DNA of 45,154 nucleotides, counting the filler, from Jimgerdemannia flammicorona (Eukaryota), in assembly GCA_003990765.1 (NCBI GenBank). It is 2 parts of 2 records of this genome, joined end to end, with 100 filler letters (N's around TTAATTAATTAA, not from the genome) between each part and the next. Parts side by side here need not be neighbours in the genome. Positions count along the whole stretch, not along the records: positions 22,631 to 45,154 come from RBNJ01001255.1; 1 more part is not named here. The stretch is one strand, 5' to 3'. Positions 24,125 through 37,288 of the stretch are shown here, piece by piece. Position 1 is the first letter of the stretch. Each line of letters opens with the position of its first letter. The position numbers and the translations under genes are program-made. Under the pieces are notes generated by a model, which was not told the DNA's origin, searched no databases, and saw nothing but the letters and a program-made list of their open reading frames with translations.

Positions 24125-26174
24125 TATAAGAGAGTTACTTATTAAAGTAACTATTATGTAGTTCTGGAAGGGTTTTCTGGAAGTTCTGGATAATTTAAAA
24201 GACTGTTTTCTTTAGATCAAGATTAATTTCATATAGAGTACATTCTCTATACTTATTGATTTCAAGATTAAGTTGACATCTCAACCAAAGTCCTTTTTTG
24301 GACTAGTTCTGAATATTCAGGATTTTCCATATTTCAGAAAGTTTAAGAAACTAAGACCAGCTTAGTTGAATTGACATATTACTACAAATAATATCCAATT
24401 AGGAAATTTCATAATATAGTTAGGAGTGGGACCTAATAGGGTACAGATTTACTTAAAAGTGATTTGTGGATTATTAAATAGATTTATTTACTATTCATGA
24501 TATTATTATACTAGAAGTAGTTGTATGAAGGGATATTGTAGGGAAGTATTCAGGAGTTGTGTTCAGATTATTTTTGTCTATTTAAGTCTGAGATTCTGAG
24601 GTCTGGGAGAGAGGGTATTTATACTAATGGGAGGCTATCTGGACTATGCTAAATATGAATATAGTACTTAGTATTTTGCTGAGTTGGAATGCAGTCATAT
24701 AGTATAAGTGTGAACTAATATATCAAGAGATCATCTGGCTGCTAAGTCAGTTCATAGTTATATCATACAAGGCTAATCTGACTATGCTAATGACTGTTAG
24801 GCTATCTATAGATTTAGATACTGTCTGGGTAGTCTTCAATAACATCACTATTAATGATATTATCTCTGATAAAGTAGTTATCTAAGAAGAGTAGTTCTTG
24901 AATTACTTCTCTCTGTTTACTTAGATAATAATATATTGGATCTTCATTACTGTCTCACAGAATAGTATCATTTGTCTCATATGCTAAGTAAGGAGTTGGT
25001 GGGTAAAGGAGAGGTATATCAACTTCATTTTCATTGGATTCACTATCTGCATACCTTCTGTAGGTTATGGCACTATATATTGCTAGGTTGTAGTAAGCTT
25101 ATAGTTGTTCTTCATATTGTGCATATTCAGATAGTAGAGTTGTTGGTTTGATCTTAAGAGTTGTCTGAAGGTACAGATTGTATTCTCTAGTCTCTTCATT
25201 ATAGTTGAAGTAGTTGGGGGTAAATGTAGATTAGTACTCATATTAGTGACCATTATTCCAATAGGTCTTGTAGGTGATTATAAACTATTATAAGTTCATT
25301 AATAAGATTGGTGAGGTAATTAGGGCTGGTAGAGATCCTTGGCTAGAGATCATATTAGCATCAGAGGGATCATTATCTTCTGCTTTATCATTATTAAACT
25401 AGATTATATTATAGATATCTTTTATAATATATCTAACTTGAGGTATTTACAGGATGTAGTCATTAGGATGTAGAAAGGTTTTGTCTGTAGTTTAGATATA
25501 CTCAATATACTTATGGTTGAGTTCTTATACTATATTATCAATTTGGCTATAGGATAAAGTAGCAACCATTTTAGTGGTAGTAACTCAGAGATAGAGAATA
25601 AAGGTGCTGTACTCATAAAAGAGTTCTTAATATTTGTAGGTGATGAGTTTCTGATATTAGGACATCTGTCTGTATTATAGTAGTATTCAATTATATCTTC
25701 CAAGAGGTGACTAATCAAGTAGTAGCTTGAGATTTGTTCAATTTAGTGGACCTTACTGAGCATGTTCAGGGTGTTCCATTGGACTTCCATAAAGTAGAGG
25801 GGTACTAGGCTATGGATATTTATAAGGGATAGAGGAGGTGTGGCTTAGTTGTTAATAGTATTCCAAATATCAATACAGATACAGTTATAGATCTCAGTAG
25901 TCATAGTTGTATGTATTGTTCAAGAGTTGTAGTTGTTTGTTTTATTTGTTATAGTTTTCTATTTTGATATGTCTGAGTATTGGGTATATACATATATATT
26001 TGGTCCTAATTGGTAAGATTCCATTTGTATAAATCTTGTGTTCTGTGACTTTGAGTTGACTCAGCTTTATACTCTGTAACTTTAGTTTGACTCAGCTTCA
26101 TAATCTTATATATAATTTCCAGTTTGTTCAGAAGTGATGTGTGACTTTGGTGACTTAGAGATTGTGTACTTACA
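24125..26174 (-). mobile_element. Family A 3' LTR, copy A1 (2050 bp)
   Basis: TGTAAG at 26174, CTTATA at 24125. Preceded by a polypurine tract and followed by target duplication GTGAG (24120-24124, minus strand). Confidence 0.9.
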
Positions 26175-29100
26175 ACTCTCTACTTCTTAGCTTTCAACAT
26201 TCTCATTGAGGTCTTCTATTTTGGTCTAGTGTTATTACATTATTTAGATGGTCAAGAGTTTGGTAATATCTATTTTTTCTCAGAAAGTGACATTCTTATA
26301 GTATAGTTTCCTAACACATTATATTTACACATTAAAGGATCATGTGTTTGATGCTGTACACCAGAAGTGATTCTCATATTATTTACTACTGGAGAATTTC
26401 CTTTAAAGAATCTTCTTAAATATCTATGCCTCATTTCTCACCAGTAGTATAGAGAGAATAGACTGGTTTTTAGTTTTGTTATTTTTTCTAGAGAATCAGT
26501 ATTCTTTTATATTGATTTACTGAGTTCTTAATTTTGTTCATGATAATTATAAGGGTACTTAATATTTGAGAGGAATAGTATATAGTATAAAACTAGTAAG
26601 TACTGGAGTATTCAGTTTCAGTTGTTCAAAGAATCATATTCTTAAACTAGGTCAGTAGTATTCTAGAGGTTGGTCTTGGGTTCCTATGTTATATTATTGA
26701 TTGGATAATCTTTTCATTTGATAAGGTATTTTGGATAATTCTTGTGACTACATTTATTGAGGATTTGTTCAACTTTGTATTCTTCTTGGTCATTAATAAT
26801 AATAAGTATAGGTGGTTTTATAGTTCAATTCAGGAATAGCTTGTCATTATTTTCATTATATTACTTGAGACATTAAACATTGAAGACTGGATGAATCTTA
26901 ATAGTATCTGGTAGTACTATTTGTAGGAGGTTAGAGAGACTTATGCAATAACTTTGAATAGTCTAATAAATTTGCTGTTTAGCTTCATAAATAGTCTGTA
27001 CTTGAGGTTATCAACTTGGTATCCTTAGATATCTAGTAGAACTTTTTCTCTGATATCAAAAGTTTCTTCAGTGGTGCTGATTGATATACATACTATGACT
27101 GTTGTTCTTGAGCTTAAGATAAATTCTCAATTGTGATTTAACTTAAGTTACACATTTGGAGTAAGAATTCTTCAACAGCTTTAATAGTAGAGAGTTCATC
27201 AGTAGTTCTGATAAGTATCAGAGGGGTGTTTAGGTTTTGTTCTATATTAACAAAGAACAGGATTATTCTAAGAGAGACTTGCTTGCTATTGTTGTAGGCA
27301 AACTCAACTATAGTAAGATATTTATGCCAATCATCTTGTCTATAAGAAACATAGTTCCTTAGCATTTGTTCTAGAGTTCAATTCATTCTTTTAGTTTGGC
27401 CATTAGTTTCAGGATAAAAGGCTGTAGATAGTACAAGTTTTGTTCCAAGGTATACATATAGGGCTTTCCAAAAGTAGCTGGTAAACTTCAGATCTCAATT
27501 ACTAATAATGATCTTTAGAAGACCATAATAGTAGAAGATGTTGTCAAACAAAAGTGTGGCTATGTCTGGTATAGTTGCAGTGATAGTAGTTGGTACAAAA
27601 TGGGTTTGTTTGCTGAGATAGTCTATGAAGACAATAATTACATCTTTTCCATTCTTGATTCAGAGTAGTTGTATAATGAAGTCTATAGAGATTTATTTCC
27701 AATTAGTAGATAGTACTGAAATAGGATGGAGTAAGCTAGGTTTTTGCTAGTGTTGAAGACTTGTTATATTGATAGGTATTACAGGAAGTAATATAGGTTT
27801 TTAGCTGATCAGCTATATAGGGCCAATAGAAGTTTTGAGAAATAACTTCATAGCATTTGTCAAATCCTAAATATCTGACTATAGGGACATTATGACATTC
27901 AAATAGAATAGTTCTTTGGAGATCTCAATTGTTAGAAACATATAATCTATTCTTATAGTAGATAACATTGTCCTTTAGTTGGTATTGATAATACTATATA
28001 TGTTTATCAGTATTGTCACTGCTCAGGATTTCTTAGAGTACTTGAGCTTCTTTATCATCAATATATACTGTGATAATTTATTCTATAATAGAGTTGGTGA
28101 CCAAGGTGAGAGTTTGGATAACTTCTTTGATTGGTAGTCTGGAGATTACATCAGTAACAATATTCTCTTTGCTAGAGTAATACTGGATTTTATAGTCAAA
28201 ATTAGTGAGGACTTTCATCCATCTGGCTTGCTTTAGAGAAAAAGTGGCCTGGATCTTAATGTTAACTAATAATTTGTAGTTAGTCAATATAGTGAAGTAT
28301 ACTTCTTCTAGATATGGTTACTATTTGATCAGAGTATCTATAATGGCTAGTATTTCCTTTTTATGAGTTATATAGTTAATTTTAACATCATTGAACTTAT
28401 GAGAATAATAGGCCACAGGGTGTCCTTCTTGCATGAGTACTGCTCCAAGGGCTAGATCAGAGGCATCAGTAGTAACTTCATATGAGAGGATAGGGTTTGC
28501 TGCTTGAAGTACTAGAGTGGTTATCAGGGTATCTTTTAATGTTTGAAAGGCTGTATCTTGTTCAGATCTCTAATTTACAAGATTGTTGAAGTCTTTTTCC
28601 TACTTTGTAGTCCAGGGCTATTCTTCTTTCTTACTATACTTAGTTATTTGGGTAAGAGCAGTAGCAATCTTGACAAAGTTTGCAACAAATTACTGATAAT
28701 AGTTTGCTAGTTCTAAAAATAACTAGAGGTCCTTCAGCTTCTTGGGTTTGGGCTATTTCTTAATTGCAGAGATTTTGCTAGAGTCCACTTTGATTCCATT
28801 GGGTGTAATAATATATCCAAGAAATTGAATTTCTTTTAAAAGAAATTCACATTTGCTGAGTTTTACAAAGAGTCAGTTTTCTCAGAGTTTCAGTAGTACT
28901 AGTTCAAGATGTTCAAGATATTCCTCTAGGGTTTTGCTAAAGACTAGGATGTCATCAATATAGATAATAACAAATTTGTCTAGATATAGATATAGGTGCA
29001 GGATGGTATTTATCAGTGTCTGGAAAGTTGCAGGAGTATTAGTTAAGCTAAAAAACATAACTAAGAACTCAAAATATCTATAGTGAGTTTGAAAGATAGT

Positions 29101-29224
29101 CTTATAGATATCTTCTTCTTTTATAGTAATTTGCCAATAATTATTTTATAGGTCAAAAGAGCTCATAAATTGTGGGTTGGTAAGCCTATCAAATATTTTA
29201 TTGATTCTGGATAGTGGGCAGCAG
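26175..29224 (-). mobile_element. Family A copy A1 pol 3' half: RT, RNase H, integrase, chromodomain, PPT (pseudogenised)
   Basis: CPLSRINKIFDRL at ~29220; YIDD 28951-28962; TDAS ~28465; QARW (28078 ORF); LRNYVSYRQDDW..VEFAYNNS (27138 ORF); chromodomain ~26660-26790. Confidence 0.9.
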
Positions 29225-29356
29225 TACAATGTGATGCTGAATTATAGGTTGGGACATTTGATAGAAGGAAGTACCTTGGAGTGTGAGGAGTACTTTAATG
29301 TTAGGCAAGAGGGTAGAGTAGTATAGACTTCCAAGCATTGGCTGAGGGAGTGTGAG
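29222..29356 (+). mobile_element. Inverted fragment of the host LINE (zinc-finger region)
   Basis: Translates NVMLNYRLGHLIEGSTLECEE...KHWLRECE, matching ORF 125..1171. Ends in GTGAG (target duplication). Confidence 0.85.
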
Positions 29357-31276
29357 TATAAGTGCACAACCTCCAAGTTATTGAAATCACACATCACCTC
29401 TGAACAAACCAGAAATTATATATAAGATTATGAAGCTGAGTCAAACTGAAGTCACAGAGTATAAAGCTGAGTCAACTTGAAGTCACAAACACAAGATTTA
29501 TACAAATGAAATCTTACCAATTAAGATTAAATATATATATACCCAATACTCAGATCCATCAAAACAGAGAATCACAACAAACAAAATAAATAACCACAAC
29601 TCTTGAACAATATATACAACCATAACTACTAAGATCTATAACTGTATCTATACTGACATTTAGAATACTATTGTCAACCAAGCTACATCTCTTCTGCCCC
29701 TCATGAATATCTATAGCTTGGTACCTCTCTACTTTATGAAAGTCCAATGGAATGCCCTAAACATACTCAGCAAGGCCTATGGAATTGGACAAATCTCAAG
29801 CTACTATTAGATCAGCTGCCTCCTAGAAGATATGATTGAATACTACTATAACACAGATATTACTCAGATGTCCTAACACCAGAAACTTGTTATCTATAAA
29901 TACTAAGAACTCTTTTATGAGTATAGCACCTTTATTCTCTGCCTCTGAGTTACTACTGCTGAAATGGTTACTACTCTGTCCTATGGCCAAATTGATGACA
30001 TAGTACAAGAACTCAACTATAAGTATATTTAGTACATCCAAATTACAGACAGAACCTTCCTGTATCCTGATAACTACATCCTTCAAATGCTCTAAGTTAG
30101 ATATGCTATAAAAGCTGTCTATGATATAATCTAGTTTAATAACAATGAAGTAGAAGATAATGATCCCTCTAATACTGATATAACCTTTAGCCAAGAATCT
30201 CTACCAGCCCTGATCACCCTGCTAATCTTACTAATGAACTTATAACAGTTCATAACTACTTACAAGACCTATTGAGATAATGACCACTGGTACAATTACC
30301 AACCTACATTTATTTCCAACTACTTCAACTATAATGAAGAGACTGGAGAACACAACTTGTATCTCCAGACAACTCTCAAGATTAAATCAACAACTCTACT
30401 ATCTAAATATATATGATATGAAGAACAACTATCAGCTTACTACAACCCAACAACACATAGTATTACATATAACCTACAGAAGGTATGCAGACAGTGAATC
30501 TGCGAACCACTCTTCCTAGATGACTACTTTATTAGAGATGATATCATCAATAGTGATATCATTGAAGACTACCCAGATAGTATCTAAATCTATAGATAGC
30601 CTAGTAGTTATTAGTATAGTTAGATTAGCCTTATATAATATGACTGTGAACTGACTCAGCAGTCAGATAATCTCTTGATATATCAGTTCACACTTATACT
30701 ATATAACTACATTCTGACTCAGCAAGGCACTAAGTACTATATCTATATTTAGTATAGTCCAGATAATCTTCTATTAGTATAAATACCCCCTCTCTTAGAT
30801 CTCAGAATCTCAGACTTAAACAGATAAGAACAATCTGAATACAACTTCTGAACACTTTTCTATAATATCCCTTTATATAACTACTCCTAGTATAGTAATA
30901 TCATAAATAGCAAATAAACCTATTTAATAACCCACAAATTACTCTTAAGTAAATCTGCACTTCATTAGGTCTCACTCCTAACCATATTATGAAATTTCCT
31001 AATTGAGTATTGTCTGCAGTAATATATCAATTCAACTAAGCTAGTCTTAGTTTCTTGAACTTTCTGAAATATAGAAAATCCTGAACATTCAGAACTAGTC
31101 CAAAAAAGAACTTTGGTTGAGACATCAATCCAATCTTGAAATTAATAAGCATAGAGGATATACTCTATATGAAATTGATCTTGACCTAAAGAAAACAGTC
31201 TTCCAGATTATCCAGAACTTCCAGAAAACTCTTCCAGAACTATATAATAGTTATTTTAATAAGTAACCCTCTTACA
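29357..31276 (+). mobile_element. Family A 5' LTR, copy A1 (1920 bp, internal deletion near 30500)
   Basis: TATAAG...CTTACA; colinear with 40232-42301. Confidence 0.9.
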
Positions 31277-34200
31277 ACTTAGTTGTAGCAGTTTACAATC
31301 CAATTCTGCTTCAAGATGCTTCATTATCTTATTATAAACTTCTATGAGAATTTCTATAAGTTAAATCTCTGAACTGGAATTTATTCTGAAATATCTGACA
31401 ATCTGGAGAGAATTGAATCTGACATATAAGGACAATTTGACCTCTATATCTGCAATAAGTGGGACAGACTTCATCTACAAAAGAAGTACTCCAATTAAAT
31501 CAACAGATAGATAAAACTCTATATACTGAACTCCTTACTCTATATCCTATAAGTCAAGATGAAGAAGGTCTTATAGAAGTCTTCTTTACTCTTCTCAATA
31601 AGAGTTTTGTTAGCTCTACAAATCTGAGTGACCTAGGACAACCAGTAGCTATCTTTCTAATCTTAGTTCCTTATAAAGCCCAAGCCTCCATAGTCAAGTG
31701 GCTCAACTCTACTAACTTTCACCATATCAGGACCAAGACTATCTTATACTATTACTTCCAGAATTATAAGGCCCACCATATTCTTAAAGAAGAAGTCAGA
31801 GAAACTCTCCATCAATAATCTGACTCTAAACTAGAAGCAGACCCAGCTACAGCCCTATCTGAACCTGAAACCAATACTGAATCAGATCAAACTCTCAAAT
31901 TAAGTCCATCTGAAATCTGATATACAACTGATACTATCTGCTTCAATACTGAACAGACCCAATTACACAGAGACCAAACTGAAGAGAAGAAGAAGTATCT
32001 CAATAAATTCAATTCTAGATATACTACTAAAAGAGACACACCCCTCTTAGGACAAAATACATCTACACAGCAACAGACAGCTATCTATCAAGCTCTTACT
32101 CCAGATCCACAATAGTTACTCCAGTAACTTATACAGACTCAAAGAATACCATCATACTCTACACCAGTATCTCAAGTCATATCAGTAACTCCACTATCAG
32201 TAGTTTAACTGCCTTCAGTAAACAATATGGCAAACTAATAGATTCTAGACCTCATAGTCCAGATAGTCATAATGATAGCAACCATTACTGCCTTAGTTGA
32301 ATAAACCTGACCAACAAAAAATCTGAGCCTATCTATTTTCAATGGTACTGCACAGGAAGTTCAAAGCTTTATTAGTATAGTTGATACTAATTTTGAAGCC
32401 AATTAATAGACTAATGAGTGAGTTGCTGACTGCCTTCTAATAAACAATCAAGACTACACTCTGGAACAACTCTTTGCTACTACTATAGCTTATGTCTGTT
32501 GAGTTGTTACATTCTTCCAAGGACTTGCTGAAGAATAGTGGCAAACTCTTTCTGAAAAATCCCTTATATAGGACACCTGACCTGTAGTTATTACTCAAAA
32601 TACAGCAAATAATACCCCAGGATATAGAAATCATCCTGCAGCCCCTGGACTCAAATAACTCATAATTACTTAATATTGCAGTAAAACTATGATTACTGAA
32701 TCTCAAGTTAAACTCTATAATCTCAAATTTGATATATATAACAAGGAGGAATTCAAAACCTTCTGTACAAAACTCAACACTTCTGAACACTATTGACCTA
32801 GGATATATTACCAATGACAAAGCACAAAATAGTACAAGAGCAGACTATTTATTTAATACACTACCTGAATGGCTTATAAGAAAAATTTGAGAACAAGGAT
32901 GCTCATGTAGTTGTGATCACTAACAATAGTACCTGGTAAGAATCAAGACTATGGTCAAGCAAATCCTAACAGCTAGACCAATTCTGTCTCAAAGACAGTT
33001 TAATAATAAGGAAAAAACTTAGACCAAAAAAGAAGAATCCAAACATGAAGCATTCTGAGCTCCCTCTACCTCTATCTCTTAGACACTCAGAAATCCTGAA
33101 CCCACTCAGCCAAGTACCTTCAAGAAACTCACTAAGGAGAAAGAAATAAACTTCAAAGAAGTGGAGATACAAGCTCCTTTCTCTGCTACCTTACTGGTCA
33201 CAAGGTTTGGTAGACAACCTTCTGAGTCTCCTTTCCCCTATTATTACCCCCTCTACCTCAGATTGGTTTGCTGTACCTGTATGGGCATAGTGGGAGGAGG
33301 GCAATGGTGATGAGTTGCCCCTTTATCAGTATCAGATTAGTGCTTTCTCTACTTTTTTGTGGATTCTGGTGCCTTCAGCTGTATCTGGGGTGTACCTGTT
33401 TTGGTGTGGTGCCTTCTTCCTTTTGCCATCACCAACAAGGAGTTGTCTCAATGTATCTCAGACTATGTAGGGAGTCAGCCGACCTTGGATGTCAAGTGCT
33501 CAGTATAGGTTATCTGCAGGTCCTTGGTACCTGTGGTGGGGCCCTCTGGCTTTGGTAAGCTTCCCAGTGAGCATGGTTCTGGTATAGGTGACTGTTTTTT
33601 GGGTGATATTGGGATGGGAGAGGAGATGGCCATCACAGATAGGAGGAAGGGTGATTACAGTGAACTAGTAGAGTGCCAGGCTGGGGGCGGTTGTTAGAGC
33701 TGGGGCAGGTACTGCTTCAGTGGGGCCTTTTGATTGGTGTGGCGCAGTTAGGTGGTAGGTGTCACTCTTGGCTTCTTTTGGCGGTCAGCGAGATTGGGCC
33801 CCAGTCATCACAGGGGATTGGAGGGCCTAAGGCTATCTATTTCAGACATCTTGACTACACTCAACTGGAACCGGGAGCTGACATGGAAACATGATCGAGG
33901 CTTGCAGGCTTGAGTAGTGGGGTATTGGGGGTTTTCTCCCACCTCACATGTAAGTCCTTTACTCACCTTGACTGGGAGAACCAGGCCCTACCCACTGTGT
34001 TGTACTTTGATGAGGGTTTTTCTTTACCTATTATTCTCTTTGGGGCAGCAGAGGCTATTCTATTTGGCTCGGGCATGGCCTTGTACATACGTTGGGTTCT
34101 CAGGCATATGCTTTCAGTTGTTGGTGTATGGTTGGGTTTTTCCTGGTAGTAGGGAGAGCATGGTGTGCAGAATGAGGTATGGGCCAACATAGGCCCTGCT

Positions 34201-34336
34201 GCATCTGGTATGGTCAAGCTGCTGGACAATAGCTAGCCTAGGTTAATGGAGGGGCAGTGCTTGGTGGGTGGTGGGGGAGAGTTTTGGCCTATATAGTCTA
34301 AGTTCCCTTCCAATAAAAATCCACAGGATATGAGTC

Positions 34337-34408
<72 letters not shown>

Positions 34409-36000
34409 AAGAAGTGGAGCATACGTCTATTGCTAAAAGACAGAATATATGACCAGTGTCTGCTCTAATCAAAAACTCCGAACAGCAATATAAGTGACTG
34501 TTACTACCCTATACTATCTCAATAATCTGATCACCAAAATACTGGACTTTGTCAAGTTAAGGCAAACTGCCAAGGCCCCAACTAAAGAAAGTCAAAAAGT
34601 AGCTAGATATGACCTATATAGCTAAAGAAGCTATAGTTTCCAACTGAGAAGTCAAGTAAGTCTACATAGGAATCAGCATTCAAATCTCTGAAGAATATAT
34701 TGGAAGAATATACTATCACAATAGCCTAGCATTGAAAGGACTCTCAGTAGAAAGAGGAGTCATTGATGAAGATTATATAGACAAAATCATTATTCTCATC
34801 TGAAACTATAGCTGGATATTATTCAAGATCCCTATTAGTTTCTATATTATCTAGATTCTATTTGAGAAAATTTAATCAACTATAATAGTCAAGGAAGTCC
34901 CAAAACTACTGCCTACTATAAGAGAATCAAAAGGATTTGATTCATCAAACAAGGCTCCAGCCTAGCCCACCATAAATAAGAAAGAACAATTTTACAAGAA
35001 AATTGAAGATAGATTTGTACCAAGTAGCTGATATCCCTATAGTATTGGAATGTACTCTTTCTAAATAATTGATGATTGCTTCTCTTATATCAATGAACTG
35101 GCCCAAAGAAGAACCAACAAAAGAAAAGCTCCTACAATTGAAATTACCACCATTGGATCAGACAAACTACTTATACTTCAAGCTTTTGTCAATAGAGTAT
35201 CTATCAAGATAATGATAGACAGTAGTACCTCAGACAACTTCATCAATGAAGAAACAGCCAACAGACTCAAGGTCCTGACCTCTTCAGTACAACAGACTCA
35301 AGCAGTTACCACAGCTAATAGAATCTTATATATCATTAGTAAGAAAGTCTATAACCTACCCTTCTGAATTGATAACTACTAAGTATATATTATACTTCAG
35401 ATCATATCACTTTCTGACAATGAAATCATCCTTGGAACCCCATGGTTAAAACAAGAAAACCCTATGATCAATTGGGTAAACCATTCTCTGATCATTAAGA
35501 AAGAATGTCACAACTTCAAACTATAAGGTGAAAAAGACCCACTCAGTTCTAGTGACTCTAGACCAAAGATCACTCACATTAATAAGCTACAACTTAAGAA
35601 ATTGGTCAAGAAATACTCTCTCTTTACTATCTCTATCTGCCCATTCAAAGGAGAACCTGAAAACCTCAAAGAAGACTTTTCCAAAGTTAACAGCTATATC
35701 AGACCACTACTTTAGAAATTCTTCAAAAAAACTGCTGAAAGACCTACCATCTAAATGAGCAGTAGACTATGCTATCAAGACTATCTCAGATGCCAAGCCT
35801 ACCTTCAAGTCAATCTACTACATATCTCCTAGAGAAATTGATATACTCAAAAAAGAGATTGATGAACTTCTAGAATAAGAATTCATTAGACTCAGTATAT
35901 TACCCTATGGTGCACCAGTCCTCTTTATTGTTAAGAAAGAAGAAGACTAATAAATGTGCATAGACTACTGTGATCTCAATGAGCAAACAATCAAGAACCA
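31277..36000 (+). mobile_element. Family A copy A1 internal 5' half: leader ORF, gag, dUTPase, protease, start of RT (interrupted at 33167-34405)
   Basis: Colinear with 42302-45154. dUTPase ~34555-34945, MIDSST ~35212, ends at 'CIDYCDLNEQTIKN'. Confidence 0.9.
33167..34405 (+). mobile_element. Retroposed poly(A) insert (1239 bp) with 14-bp target duplication
   Basis: TCAAAGAAGTGGAG at 33153-33166 and 34406-34419; AATAAA 34312-34317; A65 at 34341-34405. Absent from the homologous site at ~44195. Confidence 0.85.
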
Positions 36001-37288
36001 TAAAAGTCTACACCATACTATCTAAAACTTGGAAGGAAGCCACCTCATCTCACCACCTGCTTGCTTTAAGACCAAATATCATTTCAGTCCCACTTCTTGT
36101 CGATTCCTACCCCCTGTTAGATCTTAGACTACAAATCTCTCTCATACTTCCACAGATATTCCAAGCTATCCTCTAAATGAAATTTATCCACCAGTATACT
36201 TTCTAATAGCAGACAATCCTACCTCTACATTTGGGGTCCCCATTCTTTCTCCCCCTTATCACCCTACCACCTGAGTCCAATTTGATGAGCACCATCAACT
36301 ACTCCTCACCAGAATTCTCTATAGTATATCTTCTGGCTTCTCTCTAGTACCACTAGAGAGAGCAGATCACCAGTCATGCCCTGGAGAGAGAAAAGAATCT
36401 CCCATACCCTCTGTATAAGGAGTACTCACTCTTGACCCCTCAGTTCACTAGCTCACTTCAACCACCATACCCTCAAGCAGTATAGGTACTTAGTAAAGTC
36501 CACCAGGCCCAGCCCTCCTCTGTCTACCAGTAATTTCAATACCTCTCAGCCAATCTGACTCCATCACTCTACTCATATCCATAACCTGGCCATCTTCAAT
36601 AACCTCTTGACCACCTATGCCAGAAAGTCAAGTAATATCCCAAATACTATAGCTTAGGTAGCCAATATATATTCAATACCATCACTCTTTCTGCCAGAGA
36701 GATATATTGGCCACCCTATCTCAAGAGAGCCTCTCTCCACTCAAATAGCTACTACTTCCACTATCTCTAAGACAGTAGGGAACCATATACTGAGAAGTAG
36801 ATCCTCAGGTATCAGACTGCTTCTTCTGCTAGGGCTACTGTTTCAATCATATCCCTACTATCTCTCTACCTAAGACCAGAGTCTTGTACTTATACCAGTT
36901 GAGCTTAGTATCTAAGTATCTCTCATACTATTTTACTATATTCTTCAGCACTACCACATCCTCCACAGAGTCCAGTCCAACCATTATATTATTAGCAAAG
37001 GCCCCATCTTCCAGTTTACTCCCAGAATGTTCAATCTCTTCACCCTATATTATATTCTATTCAATAGTAGCTCCAGAGAGAGAGTATAAAGAATTGATGA
37101 TAGTTGGTCTCTCTGCAGCACTCCTCTGCCTAGGGGAAATGATGCCCCCCTATACTCATTTACTATAATAGCTGTCTAACTCTCCTCCAACAGACTGATC
37201 AGTAATCTCTTAAACTCTGGGGGGACCCTCATTTACTTTATTACTCTCTCCAGCCACACCTGTCTAACTCTGTTATAAGTCTTCTCCT
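36001..37288 (-). mobile_element. Host LINE ORF2 RT region (degenerate)
   Basis: EKTYNRV (EKAYDRV) ~37270; GAFANNI (FADD) ~36990; RYLRI (YLG) ~36805; joins the WLPSKF region at 36001. Confidence 0.85.

Noticed and set aside
33268..34472. Short ORFs inside the retroposed insert
   Set aside because: All are under 100 aa, mostly with non-ATG starts and no motifs; one is just the poly(A) tail.
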